A DNA stretch of 64,000 nt from an uncultured Chloroflexia bacterium (GCA_963765765.1 CAVXYC010000020.1:480001-544000), one strand, 5' to 3'; positions 1 through 10,835 are shown, counted from the stretch's first letter. Notes: a model not told the origin generated them from the sequence alone. Made by a program: numbers and translations.

Positions 1-2
1 TT

Positions 3-647
3 AGCAGCTTCGCGAGGTACATGACGCGCCGAACACATGGAACGGTCCGTGATCCGCGGGATATGGCCTCATCAATCTTCAGCAGCGAATACAGCAGCGT
101 CATGGCTGACAGGAAGGCAAAGTCGGGGAGGCAGCCTTCTCCGTCACCGACTTACGCGCTCATCGGGGTATGCACGCCCCAGGGGCAGGCAGAGGTCATA
201 CGCTACTGCTATCCGAGTTTTGAGAAGCTAATCGTCAAGGGCGTCACCGTCGTTGGATGGCCTGAGGATATTGCGCTCTTCCGGCAGGCGCTCGACCGGC
301 GAATGGAGGACAGATTCAGGGACGGAGACTTGCCGATGACGGACCTCGAGAATTGGGCGATGGACATTGTCTCGAGCGTCGCTGCCACCCTGCAGAATCC
401 AAATCGCTCAAAGTCCATTGGGGGAAGAGTCCAGTCTCTGACGATCACAAGGGGGACGGTCGTTGAGCAGAATATGTCGAGCACCGCAGATGACCCAGCC
501 GTGCCCGGCAACTGGGTTAAGGAAACGGTGCCCCTGGCCGAAACGCGAGCCTTTGCGCCAGATCGAAAGAACAAGCGGACCAGAGCCGAACCCGGGTTGA
601 TTTGCACGAGCTTCGTTCCTACGATGCCGCCGGCGAGACCGATTTAA
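3..647 (+). CDS. Hypothetical protein, 5'-truncated by the window edge; possible Ntn-hydrolase/proteasome-beta-like fold
   Basis: Frame is open from the window start to TAA at 645-647. Motif order YALIG...VTVVG...helix-helix...SIGGRVQSLTIT resembles the C-terminal half of proteasome-beta/HslV-like proteins. The fold call is by eye only. Confidence 0.45.
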   Translation, partial: SSFARYMTRRTHGTVRDPRDMASSIFSSEYSSVMADRKAKSGRQPSPSPTYALIGVCTPQGQAEVIRYCYPSFEKLIVKGVTVVGWPEDIALFRQALDRRMEDRFRDGDLPMTDLENWAMDIVSSVAATLQNPNRSKSIGGRVQSLTITRGTVVEQNMSSTADDPAVPGNWVKETVPLAETRAFAPDRKNKRTRAEPGLICTSFVPTMPPARPI

Positions 648-849
648 TCACCACGCCCCAAGACGTAGCCGCTGCTTCCGCTGCCGCTCCCAGCGCGATA
701 CGACGCCTCATCCGTCCAGCGGTGGAAGGACAGCGTCGCAACTCTCTGCTCGGGTCCGCTGTGACAAGGTGAGAAAGACCCAGTGGATTCTTACAGCAGG
801 ATGAGCATCCTCGCTGAGCTCCATGTGGCTGCGTGCCGAACGCTCAACC

Positions 850-876
850 GCGGGCGGTTCTGCGTTATGGCGAACT
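850..876 (+). repeat. 27-bp direct repeat, left copy (pairs with 5153-5179)
   Basis: gcgggcggttctgcgttatggcgaact vs gcgggcggtgctgcgttatggcgagct: 25/27 identical. Confidence 0.85.
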
Positions 877-1094
877 CCTGACTGGTACTCGTACGGAACC
901 AGCGTTAGCCGGACCCTAGTGATGTCGACGATGGCCTGTGACCCTGGGCAGCACTCATAGCGCCTGTCAACGGTCGCAGCTTGCTGACGCCGTACAGGAT
1001 ATATTCACACCGATACCCAGCAAAAGACGGGCTGCGATTACTGAGTGGCTCGCGGAGACGAGGCAACTTCGAACTTGTTCAGCGGAATACAGGC

Positions 1095-4000
1095 GTGAGT
1101 AACGGAGTACGTCAGCGGTCCCCGTCGTCGACGAACACGCTCGCAGTTCTTTTTCCGGAGATCGCATCGCAGTGGCACCCAAGTCGGAATGGCGTCCTTA
1201 CGCCGGATCGAGTTGTGGCGGGCTCACATAAGCGCTGCTGGTGGAAGTGCCCCGAAGGCCAAGATCATGTGTGGCTAGCCTCCGTTAAGGATCGTACATA
1301 CGCCAAAAGCGGCTGCGTCTTCTGTGCGGGGCGTGCGGTCTCGTCCACAAATTCACTGGCATCCCTGTTCCCGGAGATAACAAGAGAGTGGCATCCCACG
1401 AAGAATGGGACGTTGACTCCTAACAAAATCGTGGCGGGTTCCACCAAGATTGTCTGGTGGAGTTGCCCCAAGGGACCCGATCACGAGTGGCAAACAAAGG
1501 TAGTGAATCGGACCAGCAAGGGCACCACTGGTTGTCCATTTTGCGGCGGGGACAAGGCATCTATAGCCAACTCATTGGCAACGCTATACCCCGACGTCGC
1601 CGCCCAGTGGCACCCGACGAAGAATGGTGACATTACTCGGGACGCAAATCGTGGCTGGATCTGGGAGAAGCTATTGGTGGAAGTGCAATGCGGGTACCGA
1701 TCACGAGTGGAAATCCAGTGCTGCCAAGCGTACCAAGGGCGGTCAAGGTTGCCCGTTCTGCTCGGGGAGGCGAGTTTCAGCATCGAATTCATTGGCAGGT
1801 GCGTTTCCGGAGATTGCAGCCCAATGGCACCCGACGAAAAACGGTTGCACCACTCCCAACTCGCTGACCGCCGGGTCGGGAAGGCTTGCCTGGTGGAAAT
1901 GTCAGGAAGGGCCGGATCACGAGTGGCGCGGTACGGGTTGGCAATCGTACACGGGGCGGCGGTGAAGAGAGGGTGCCCTTTACTGTGCGGGAAAGAAAGT
2001 CTCAATCACCAATTCTTTAGCGACCCGATTACCCTGATGTTGCCGAAATGTGGCACTCCAGCAGGAATGGCAGCGTCACACCAGACCATGTGGTGGGTCG
2101 GTCGGGCAAGCGTTATTGGTGGAAATGCGTCAAAGGGCTTGATCACGAATGGCAGGCGAGCGTCAGCAATCTCACGCATGGTAGCGCGGCAACCGGTCGC
2201 CCGTACTGTTCAGGTAAGAGAGCCTCCATCACCAATTCGCTTGCAGCTTTGCATCCCGAGCTTGCTGCAGAATGGCACCCGACGAAGAATTGTGGCATCA
2301 CTTCGGACCAAGTCGTAGCTGGATCGGAAAAGAACTGTTGGTGGAAGCGTCCCGAGGGCCTCGACCATGAATGGCTAGCGACGCCCTCCAATCGTTCACG
2401 ATATTCGCAGGGCTGCCCAGTCTGCAGCTCGGGGTGGACAATCGAGAATATTCGCCGCTTCGTTCTTTCGTTGCAGGATCACCTGTCAGTACTCACCCCC
2501 GCGGAGCTTTACGTTCTGTTTCAGCAGCGTGGCTTGATGCAGTCCTACGGGAGCGGTCGACCGGTTGATCCGCGCGCGAGACCCTTCAGCCTGTACCACC
2601 AGACCAACTCGAACGGTTTGTGCAGGGCAAACCGTCCCTCGCGGATCAGCTCATCAATGACGTCGATCCGTCGATAAATGAGTTCGATTCGTTCCGGGAG
2701 TCCGAGCCCGATGAGAAGGAACCCGCAGACCTCGAAAAGGCAGCGCACGCTGTCTATGACTCGTTTGACTCGGTCGCGAAGGCTCCGGATGTCGAGGAAG
2801 AGCCGAGCCTTCCGGCCGTCGAGGCCTACGCCACATTGCACGCGCTCGGTCAGATAGTCACTTCTGCTGATGGAGAAGCGGTCGAATTCTTCGTTGCATC
2901 GGCGGTTGCCAAGCTCTGGATGCACGCTTTCCGAAGTCCCGACGAGGCGGTTGCCCAAGTGGAGGCGTTCCAGGGGAATGAGTATGCGGAGCGAGCACGC
3001 ACTCGCTTCCTGGATGAATATCGGGAGGCTAAATCTCTGCCGCTCCCCGCTGGCTACGCCTTCACTGTTGATGGGCTCGCCGCCGAACCCAACCTGATGC
3101 AGAGGCTCGTCACGGTCCGCGTACGCGACCGCCGGCGCGTCGGGAACTGGTCGGGGACGGGGGCTGGCAAGACCTTATCCGCAGTGCTGGCCAGCCGCGC
3201 CGTGGATGCGCGTCTTACGATCATCTGCTGTCCAAATGCCGTGGTTGGCGAAGGCGTGGGCGGCGAGGGCTGGGCCCAGGCGATCCGAGACATCTTTCCC
3301 GACAGTGTTGTGGCAACCAAAACATTCGAGCCCCAGTGGTCGGTGCTAGAGCAGGATTCCAACAGGATTTTGCGGCGCCCATGGTCAGTTGCCGCACCGC
3401 TATCTCATTCTGAATTACGAAGCGTTCCAACAGCCCGACTCGGCAGCCCGGCTGGCGCGGCTGGTCGAACGCGAGCCAATCGATTTCATCGTCGTGGATG
3501 AGATCCATTACACGAAGCAACGGACGGTAGAAAACATCTCCCGGCGGAGGAGGCTCGTCCGCGATCTCTGCACGGCCGCTGCCGAGCGCAACTCCGGGTT
3601 ACGAGTCCTGGGCATGTCGGCGACGCCGGTCATCAATACCCTGCAAGAAGGCAAGAGCCTCGTCGAGTTGGTGAGTGGGCTCGCCCACGATGAGTTGAAT
3701 ACCCAAGCGACGGTCTCGAATTGCATGCGCCTCCATCAGCGGTTGACAACCCTTGGCATCCGTTGGATGCCCGAATATGATCTCGCCTTTGACCAGATGG
3801 AAATCGATGTGGATGCGCGCGCGTGGCTGGACGAGATCCGCGCACTCGGGCAGAACGGCAATTCGCTTGCCTTGGAGCAAATCCTCACTCGAGGCGCGCT
3901 TGCCGGTGATTCGGCACAGATTCAGCCCAAGACGCTGATCTACACGCACTACATCGGCGGAATCGATCGCCAGCTCTACGACGCCATCGTCCAGGACGGT

Positions 4001-5107
4001 TGGCGGGTGGGTTTTATACTGGCGAGGACAAGTCCGGTCTGGAAGGATTTCTCCACGGCGATATCGATGTGCTGATTGGGTCCAGTGCGATCGGCACCGG
4101 CGTGGATGGGCTCCAACAAGTTTGCAATCGGCTGATCGTGAACGTGCTGCCCTGGACGGCGGCCGAGTTCGAGCAGCTCAAGGGGCGGATATTTCGCCAG
4201 GGCCAGCGACAGAAAACGGTGACGATGGTGCTTCCGCTCACCTATATCGATCTGGACGACCAGCGGTGGTCGTGGTGAAGAGCGAAGATGCAGCGGCTGC
4301 ACTTCAAGAAGTCGATTGCCGATGCGGCCGTAGACGGGGTCGTTCCCGAAGGCCATTTACGCAGCCCGGGCCAGGCTTATCAGGACGTGATGGGGTGGCT
4401 CCAGCGGTTGGACGACGGCGGGGTGGAAACGATCACGCGTCGCGTGCTCCAGGGCGAACTGCCAAGCCCCGATTCCCCCGAGTACGCCCGCCGTCGCCGC
4501 CAGTTCGGGGACTTCTCCCGCATGAATCAGCGGTGGAACCGGGCGCGTAGCTCGGAGATACATGCACGCCTTCAGGAACACCCAGATGAGTGGGAACACT
4601 ACCATGCGCTCTATCGCGAGGCGCGCCGCGACTGGGCCTTAGTCCCCTATGACGAGATGGTGCGGTGGTACCAACACCCGTTCGCGTACTGGGTATACCA
4701 TTGGCGATTTCGGATGCGGTGAGGCGAAGTTCGCCGAGGCAGTTAGGGATCGCCACACCGTGTACAGCTTTGATCATGTGGCGGTGAACGAGGACGTCCT
4801 GGCCTGCGACATGAGCCATGTCCCATTGGAAGATGAAACCTTGGACGTGGCGATCTTCTCCCTCTTGCTCATGGGAGCAAACGTCCTGGACTATGTGCGC
4901 GAGGCACATCGAATGTTGAAGACCGATGGCCACATGCACATCATGCAAACCACATCGCGGCTCACCGATCGCGGGCGATTTGTGGAGGGCTTGAAGCGTC
5001 TGGGGTTTGACGTTATAGAGCCGCAAGACATGTGGAAGTTCACCCACATTCATGCCATCGAGTCAGCGCGAAGACCTTACCAAGATGGCGATCTTACGCT
5101 CGGCTGA
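1095..5107 (+). CDS. Multidomain protein: 6x Zn-ribbon (DUF4379-like) repeats + SNF2-like SF2 helicase + Rrp8/NML-like (Methyltransf_8) methyltransferase; multiple frameshifts in this sequence
   Basis: Overlapping ORF pieces (981-2318, 1624-1965, 2048-2677, 2620-3501, 3389-4075, 4000-4278, 4288-4722, 4649-5107) give contiguous motifs: WHPTKNG...WWKC...HEW...GCPxC repeats; GTGAGKT; ILNYEAF; IVVDEIH; GMSATPVIN; IGTGVDGLQ; QLKGRIFRQGQ; IGDFGCGEA...VYSFDH...ACDMSHVPLEDETLDVAIFSL. The GTG start at 1095 is assumed. Confidence 0.8.
1125..2430 (+). repeat. Six tandem ~70-aa Zn-ribbon coding repeats (~210 nt unit)
   Basis: Unit NSLAxLxPEIAAxWHPTKNGxxTPxxVxAGSxKxxWWKCxxGxDHEWxxxxxxRxxxxxGCPxCxG recurs six times across the frames. 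Confidence 0.85.
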
Positions 5108-5152
5108 GTAGGTGTGGATCTCTAGGTGGGATTGGTCTTGAATGCTTCAGCG

Positions 5153-5179
5153 GCGGGCGGTGCTGCGTTATGGCGAGCT
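5153..5179 (+). repeat. 27-bp direct repeat, right copy (pairs with 850-876)
   Basis: Lies about 45 nt after the stop of the large gene; 25/27 identity to the left copy. Confidence 0.85.
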
Positions 5180-5213
5180 GCTCAGCGGAAGCGAGGCGAC
5201 GGGCTCGTGAGCC

Positions 5214-5235
5214 GTTGTTCACCGGTTGTTCACCG
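5214..5235. repeat. Perfect tandem 11-bp repeat GTTGTTCACCG x2, possible integrase arm-type site
   Basis: Seen directly, about 40 nt from the tRNA-Phe CCA end; function is inferred. Confidence 0.6.
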
Positions 5236-5276
5236 GGGCCTTCTGAAACCGCTGTTTTGATCTCAGAATGGCCATA

Positions 5277-5352
5277 TGGTGCCAAGGGGCAGAATCGAAC
5301 TGCCGACACCGCGGTTTTCAGCCGCGTGCTCTACCGACTGAGCTACCTTGGC
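5277..5352 (-). tRNA. tRNA-Phe(GAA)
   Basis: Reverse complement GCCAAGGTAGCTCAGTCGGTAGAGCACGCGGCTGAAAACCGCGG...GTTCGATTCTGCCCCTTGGCACCA; cloverleaf, anticodon GAA, encoded CCA. Confidence 0.97.
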
Positions 5353-5373
5353 AAAGCGCATCCTTGGGATGGC

Positions 5374-5450
5374 TGGTAGGCGAAACAGGACTCGAACCTG
5401 TGACCTCCTCGGTGTAAACGAGGCGCTCTAACCAACTGAGCTATTCGCCC
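5374..5450 (-). tRNA. tRNA-Val(TAC)
   Basis: Reverse complement GGGCGAATAGCTCAGTTGGTTAGAGCGCCTCGTTTACACCGAGG...GTTCGAGTCCTGTTTCGCCTACCA. Confidence 0.97.
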
Positions 5451-5476
5451 GAATCGGCCACACTGGACCAGTCCGC

Positions 5477-5562
5477 TGGTGCCCCCGACTGGACTCGAAC
5501 CAGCACGTCCTTCCGGACACAGGCCCTCAACCTGCCGCGTATACCTATTCCGCCACGGGGGC
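5477..5562 (-). tRNA. tRNA-Leu(GAG)
   Basis: Reverse complement GCCCCCGTGGCGGAATAGGTATACGCGGCAGGTTGAGGGCCTG + long variable arm + GTTCGAGTCCAGTCGGGGGCACCA. Confidence 0.96.
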
Positions 5563-5581
5563 TCGCACTTGGAACTCTGTG

Positions 5582-5610
5582 ATTATAGGCTGCGATTGTG
5601 ACGACGGCAA
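5582..5610 (-). promoter_or_regulatory. Sigma70-type promoter of the tRNA operon
   Basis: Minus strand TTGCCG-17 nt-TATAAT just upstream of tRNA-Leu. Confidence 0.8.
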
Positions 5611-5621
5611 TCCGAGAGAAC

Positions 5622-5673
5622 GCCACGAAGCGCTTCGGAGCGAGGCCGTGCACTCTCCGAAGCGCTTCGTGGC
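5622..5673. terminator. Perfect 19-bp inverted repeat (terminator or REP doublet) downstream of the dehydrogenase
   Basis: gccacgaagcgcttcggag ... ctccgaagcgcttcgtggc; each arm contains the palindrome cgaagcgcttcg. Confidence 0.6.
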
Positions 5674-5684
5674 CGTCGCTACGC

Positions 5685-6857
5685 TCAGGGCTTCAGCACC
5701 ACTTTTACACAGTCATCCTGCTTGTTCTTGAAGATCTCGTAGCCCTGCGGAGCCTCGTGCAAGGGCATCTGATGCGTGATGATAAACGTGGGATCGATAT
5801 CACCCGCCTGGATGCGCTCGAGTAGCGGGCGCATGTAGCGCTGCACATGGCACTGGCCGGACTTGATCGTGAGGGAGCGATTCACCACCGTTCCCATCGG
5901 AAACTTGTCGATGAGTCCACCGTAGACGCCCACGACCGACACCGTGCCCCCGTTTCGGCACGATTGAATCGCCTCACGCAAGGCGATCGGCCGGTCAGTC
6001 TCCATCCTGGTAGCCTGTTTCACGCGATCGTATGCGTATTTGACGCCCGGCGCATGCGCCTCCATTCCCACCGCATCGATGCACGCGTCCGGGCCCCTGC
6101 CACCGGTCATGTCTCGTAGTGTGTCCACAACGCTATCGACTTCTTCGTAATTGATCGTCTCCGCGCCGGTATGCTGGCGAGCCATACGGAGGCGGTATTC
6201 GAACCGGTCGATGCCAATGACCCGCTCCGCTCCGAGCAGGGAAGCGCTGGCCATGGCAAACTGCCCGACCGGCCCGGCACCCCAAACCGCCACGACGTCT
6301 CCGGGTTTGATATCGCACATTTCAGCGCCCATGTAACCGGTGGGCAGTATGTCTGAGAGAAAGAGCACCTGCTCGTCTGTCAAGCCGTTTTCAATCTTGA
6401 GCGGGCCAACATTGGCAAACGGTACGCGCACGTATTCCGCTTGACCGCCCGCGAATCCGCCAAGCATATGCGAATACCCGAAGATGCCGGCGGAGAATAG
6501 CCCCACAGCTTCTCGGCCATCCAGGCATTGGGATTGGAGTTCTCGCACAGTGAGTACAGTCTGCGCATCGCAGGCGTTGCAATCGCCGCACGCAATTGGG
6601 AACGGTACCACCACGCGGTCGCCGGTCTTCAGATTCGAGACGTCCCGCCCGATCTCCATGACCTCGCCCATGAACTCATGGCCCAGAACGTCGCCTTTCT
6701 GCATCGTCGGAACGTAGCCATCGTAGAGGTGTAAATCGGAGCCGCAGATCGCTGTCGATGTAATCCGCACGATCGCGTCACGAGCGTTCAAAATCTTAGG
6801 GTCCGGTACGTCCTCCACGGATACGGAGTTACGCCCAGTCCAGCAGGTTGCCTTCAT
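5685..6857 (-). CDS. Zn-dependent alcohol/formaldehyde dehydrogenase (MDR, YbdR-like)
   Basis: ICGSDLH, GHEFMG, GAGPVG motifs; a short compensating frameshift patch near 6500-6560 ([13 protein letters not shown] in an alternate frame). Confidence 0.9.
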   Translation of the reverse strand: MKATCWTGRNSVSVEDVPDPKILNARDAIVRITSTAICGSDLHLYDGYVPTMQKGDVLGHEFMGEVMEIGRDVSNLKTGDRVVVPFPIACGDCNACDAQTVLTVRELQSQCLDGREAVGLFSAGIFGYSHMLGGFAGGQAEYVRVPFANVGPLKIENGLTDEQVLFLSDILPTGYMGAEMCDIKPGDVVAVWGAGPVGQFAMASASLLGAERVIGIDRFEYRLRMARQHTGAETINYEEVDSVVDTLRDMTGGRGPDACIDAVGMEAHAPGVKYAYDRVKQATRMETDRPIALREAIQSCRNGGTVSVVGVYGGLIDKFPMGTVVNRSLTIKSGQCHVQRYMRPLLERIQAGDIDPTFIITHQMPLHEAPQGYEIFKNKQDDCVKVVLKP

Positions 6858-6891
6858 TGTGATGTCCCCAAATAAACTGAGAATCTCATGG

Positions 6892-7947
6892 TTAGCTCTT
6901 CGCGGCCGCGTACGCTCGAATGTTCACCGGTGGTTGCGCCGGCCGCTGCTTGATGGATCTCCCCTCAAGCGTTGCGTCTGAACGAATGACCTCACCCACC
7001 TCGAGCACCGACTTCAGGCGGCGCAAGTCTCCGCGTACTTCCTGTCCCGGCTCTTTGCCAAAGAGCTTCGCCGTCATTTCGCCGACTGGTCCGGCAGGGG
7101 GCTCATAGCTGAAGGCCACTCGAACCTCGGTGCCTCGATTCCCGGGAGCACTACCGAACCAGACCGTGCCGGAATTCTTCATCGTGGCTGAATCAGTCGA
7201 GCGCCAGGCAATCATCTCGTTCGGACGGTCTTCCACAATCTCCGCATCCCACTCAACGCGCGTGCCAGCCGGCCCGATTACTCGCCAGTGCGACCGACGA
7301 TGATCGATGACCCGTATCGACTCGATATTGGCCATGAATTGAGGGAAATTCTCGAAATTCCGCCAGAATTGGTAGACATCTTCAGGCGAGCGCTTGATGG
7401 TTATCGCTGCCCCAGTGAGCTTGCCGGCCACTTTGTGTCCATTGCGTGACTCCGATGATCGGTCGCTACTCGCTCGCTCACCCGCACCCACATCCACTGC
7501 GCCAATGGCGGCAACGGTCGCCATAGCTGCAGTGACACGCGTTTCATCCCGAGCTTCGTTCGAATGCAGCGCCGATTGCAGCAGGGCCATATCCATGACG
7601 TCGCCGGTTACTCGGAGCCATGGCCAACCACCCCAGTCGGACTTTGCGAGCATCCCAACACCGGTTACGATTTCGCGTACCCCAACCACGCATAGCGCGT
7701 TGACCGTCGCATCGTTCGGCTTCAGGCCCAGGAACTGGGACATCTTCCGTGGGAACGCCAGGGCAGTAACTCCAAGGCCCAGACTCAGCCAACCAAGGCT
7801 CGTATTGAGACCATGTCGGTCGGCATGGCCGCCTCGGCTATGCCAGATCTCCGGCCTGGTCACTGCGTTAAATGTGCCGTTCGCCGAGCTCGGGCTGGTC
7901 CAGCCCAGATCGGTCTCCGTGAGACCACCAACGCCTCTTGCCGTCAT
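6892..7947 (-). CDS. SRPBCC (cyclase/dehydrase) family protein with N-terminal membrane segment
   Basis: [15 protein letters not shown]...SHWRV...[18 protein letters not shown]...DLRRLK; start chosen at the ATG with a GAAGGA SD. Confidence 0.85.
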   Translation of the reverse strand: MTARGVGGLTETDLGWTSPSSANGTFNAVTRPEIWHSRGGHADRHGLNTSLGWLSLGLGVTALAFPRKMSQFLGLKPNDATVNALCVVGVREIVTGVGMLAKSDWGGWPWLRVTGDVMDMALLQSALHSNEARDETRVTAAMATVAAIGAVDVGAGERASSDRSSESRNGHKVAGKLTGAAITIKRSPEDVYQFWRNFENFPQFMANIESIRVIDHRRSHWRVIGPAGTRVEWDAEIVEDRPNEMIAWRSTDSATMKNSGTVWFGSAPGNRGTEVRVAFSYEPPAGPVGEMTAKLFGKEPGQEVRGDLRRLKSVLEVGEVIRSDATLEGRSIKQRPAQPPVNIRAYAAAKS

Positions 7948-8339
7948 TCGATCATCCTTCAGCTTTGCTGGCGCATTGAGCATCGCAGACGCCCTGAGCG
8001 GGCGGTCCGCGGGTGAGCCAGACCCCGGATCCCGAAGTTCAACTCGCCGCGGACCGCGACTGCAGGGTCTATGCCAGATAGCGTGGACTCTCATCTCATG
8101 AGCATGAGTGCCTGAGACCGCCAGCGACAAGCGCTGGGCGTCCGGATCCGGGCCGCCGTAGAGCGGGACTCCGGTGACGACGGCCATAGCCTCGGTGTTC
8201 GTGACCTGTTGGTGCGCTCTAGCGCACGGCGTATGTCAGGATGGAAGGCGTCGCGATGTTGCCTGCATAGAAACTGGGGCGACCCTAACTCGACGACCGC
8301 GTGTCCCGCTCGGGACAGGGCTCCAAGATCGCGTGGGAA

Positions 8340-9724
8340 TCAATCTCCCGGCGAGGCAGGCAGCACAGGTCCGATCGATTGACCACGTGTGGGCGGTGCA
8401 TCCACTCCGGAGGAATCCACTTGATCGGTGTTTGAGCGACTCACCCTGATGCTTATGAACGAAATGAGAATCAACACCAGCGCCAGGCCAGTGAGCGTCT
8501 CAGCCACACCGATGACGTCAGCGAGTCCGCCCAGGAAGATAAGCGGCAGGACACTCAGCACGTTGCTCAGCATGAGCTGGATTGAGAACACTCGCCCACG
8601 GATGGCTACAGGAGCGCGCTCCTGGATGATCGTCTGTGCTGGAACGATCATGCAGACGAATCCGACGCCTGCCACGAACCCCACAGACATCGTGATCGCC
8701 AGCATCCCACCAAGGTGCTCAACATTGAATTCCCCTTGCGGGAGGGCTCCATAGAACCGCTGCCAAAGCGGACTTAGCAAGCCGAGGCAGAGGATGGCCA
8801 GACTGACGACAACCAAACCCCCATTGACCAGGCGATATTTATCCCAGCCGTGCCCCAAGCGGCTCAGAATCGCGGTACAGACCACCATCCCAACGCCTGC
8901 CGGTGCCAGCACAAAGACGCTGTCCTCAGCGCGGACCCCGAGCACACTTACGGCGAATCCCGGCGCGAGCATAGCCACCACAATGGCCAGGATGGAGCCC
9001 AATGTCCAGACACCTATAGCCCACTGCACCACAGGATTCCCGTGAATGAACCCGGTAACCTCCTTCACATCGGTCCAGAACTCTTTGAGCTTCTCCGCGC
9101 CCGCCACGGACGGCTCGCCCGGTTGCGAGGCAACGGCCAGCACAGTACGCCGCAGATCAGCAGAAGTGCCCCGCACGCCAGAAAGAGAGCGTCCACTCCA
9201 ATGACATTCACCACCAGCGGACCGATGATCACGAGCCCGATGAGCTGCGAGGCAGTGAACGTGAGGTGGAAGAGCGAATTTGCTTCCAGAAGCCGACGCC
9301 GGGAAACAAGAGCCGGAATCATCGCCGCTTCCGCCGGGGCAAAGAACTGTCCAATCGCAGAGAACGCGAAGTTCATGATGTAGACCAGCCCCAGGAAATC
9401 GCTGATCAGTGGGTATCCCAGGACCATCACACCGCGGATGACATTTGAGCCAATAAGGACAAGTCGCTTGTCCCAGCGATCCACATAGACACCAGCGACA
9501 ATGCCGAAGAGCACCGATGGCAGGATGAGCGTCATGATGGCCAGGCCCAGGTGCGTATTGGAGCTGCTCTTGTGCTGAACCAGCACCAGGATCCCGTACC
9601 AGAGCGCATTCTGGGCTGTCTGACTTATCGCCTGAGCGACCCAGAGTAACGTGAAGTCACGATTGCGCCAGATGGGAGCGGTGCGATCCTGCGCGGAAGA
9701 GGTTGGGTGGGCGCTATCCGTCAC
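8340..9724 (-). CDS. MFS transporter (MFS_3/DHA3-like), one frameshift
   Basis: RNRDFTLLWVAQAISQ, GVYVDRWDKR, FFAPAEAAMIP, RGRVFS in two overlapping ORFs. Confidence 0.85.
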
Positions 9725-9954
9725 GGAAGGTCATGCAGATCAGGCACGGACACCTCCGACCCACGACCCACATAGGCGATGATTCGGTGGGCAAGCTGGG
9801 TCCGTGGCAAAAGAATGCGATGGCCGCACTGGTTACATCGTAATCGGATATCCGCGCCGAGCCGCGTAATGGTCCATTCATTACCGCCACAGGCGTGCGG
9901 TCGTCGCAATCGGACAACATCGTCGAGACGCACGTCCAATGGCGTTTCCGTCAC
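9721..9954 (-). CDS. DUF951 family protein
   Basis: DVVRLRRPHACGGNEWTITRLGADIRLRCNQCGHRILLPR signature. Confidence 0.9.
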   Translation of the reverse strand: MTETPLDVRLDDVVRLRRPHACGGNEWTITRLGADIRLRCNQCGHRILLPRTQLAHRIIAYVGRGSEVSVPDLHDLP

Positions 9955-10835
9955 CTTATCTCCATTACGCCCGCGCAGGCCTGATTGATCGAATCACGTA
10001 GCTCGAGTGCCGTCGTTCTCGCCGCTTCCCGCCAGTCTTCGCCCCGCGACGCATAGAGAACCTGGCGAGAAGCATTGATCATAATCAAGCTGGCATCCTG
10101 CGGCATGCCCGCTGTAACGGATGCCTGGAGATCGCCGGCCTGCGGGCCGATCCCGGGGATCAGCAAGGGCATCTCGGGAGCAATGGCCCGGATGCGCTCT
10201 AGAATCGCGGGGTAGGTCGCTCCAACGACCATTCCACAATTGCCGCGTGTGTTCCAGGATACAACGCGCTCCGCCACCAGCTCCCAGAGCGGAATCATTC
10301 GATCGTCAGCGGTCAGACAAAGCACATCCTGGAGATCACCCGAGCCCGGGTTGGAAGTCTTGCAGAGTACGAGGATGCCACGATCTTCTCGCTCGAGGAA
10401 GGGTGTCAGCGAATCCTCGCCGAGATACGGGCTCACTGTTGCTGCGTCGAACTTAAAGAAGTCGAAGAGGGCACTGGCGTACGCCTCGGCGGTGTTGCCT
10501 ATATCGCCGCGTTTGGCATCAGCAATGACTGGAATTCCATCGGACACCATCTCCACAGTTGCCTTGAGGGCCTGCCATCCAGCATTGCCCTGCGACTCAT
10601 AAAAGGCCAGGTTCGGCTTATACGCGCAGACCAGGTCCTGGGTGGCTTCGATGATGCCCCGATTGAACTCCGTGATCCAGTCATCGCGGTTCACAACGTG
10701 TGGAGGCGCGAGGCGAGGGTCCACGTCAAGTCCGACGCAGAGAAGGCTCTGGTTCTTCTCACGTGCCGCCCGAAGCTGGTCGATAAACGCTACCACCGCA
10801 AGTCCCTTCGCATCGTCTGCAGAAGCCGTTTGCAT
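9951..10835 (-). CDS. pyrF: Orotidine-5'-phosphate decarboxylase (type 2)
   Basis: LCVGLD, YKPNLAFYE, DAKRGDIGNT, TSNPGS, GMVVGAT, LLIPGIGPQAG; start may be about 40 nt downstream. Confidence 0.95.
   Translation of the reverse strand: MQTASADDAKGLAVVAFIDQLRAAREKNQSLLCVGLDVDPRLAPPHVVNRDDWITEFNRGIIEATQDLVCAYKPNLAFYESQGNAGWQALKATVEMVSDGIPVIADAKRGDIGNTAEAYASALFDFFKFDAATVSPYLGEDSLTPFLEREDRGILVLCKTSNPGSGDLQDVLCLTADDRMIPLWELVAERVVSWNTRGNCGMVVGATYPAILERIRAIAPEMPLLIPGIGPQAGDLQASVTAGMPQDASLIMINASRQVLYASRGEDWREAARTTALELRDSINQACAGVMEIR

Noticed and set aside
850-915. Integron attC sites (GCGTTATGG, GCGTTAGCC)
   Set aside because: No matching RYYYAAC inverse core or L-box hairpin at a suitable distance, and no integron integrase in the window.
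2190-2355. Cys-to-Arg changes in Zn-ribbon repeats 5 and 6 as functional divergence
   Set aside because: Both are single T>C changes in an error-rich region and cannot be separated from sequencing error.
1125-2430. Regularly spaced cagtggcaccc/gatcacgagtgg repeats as a CRISPR array
   Set aside because: The period is about 210 nt, the units are degenerate at wobble positions and translate into Zn-ribbon repeats, and there are no cas genes.
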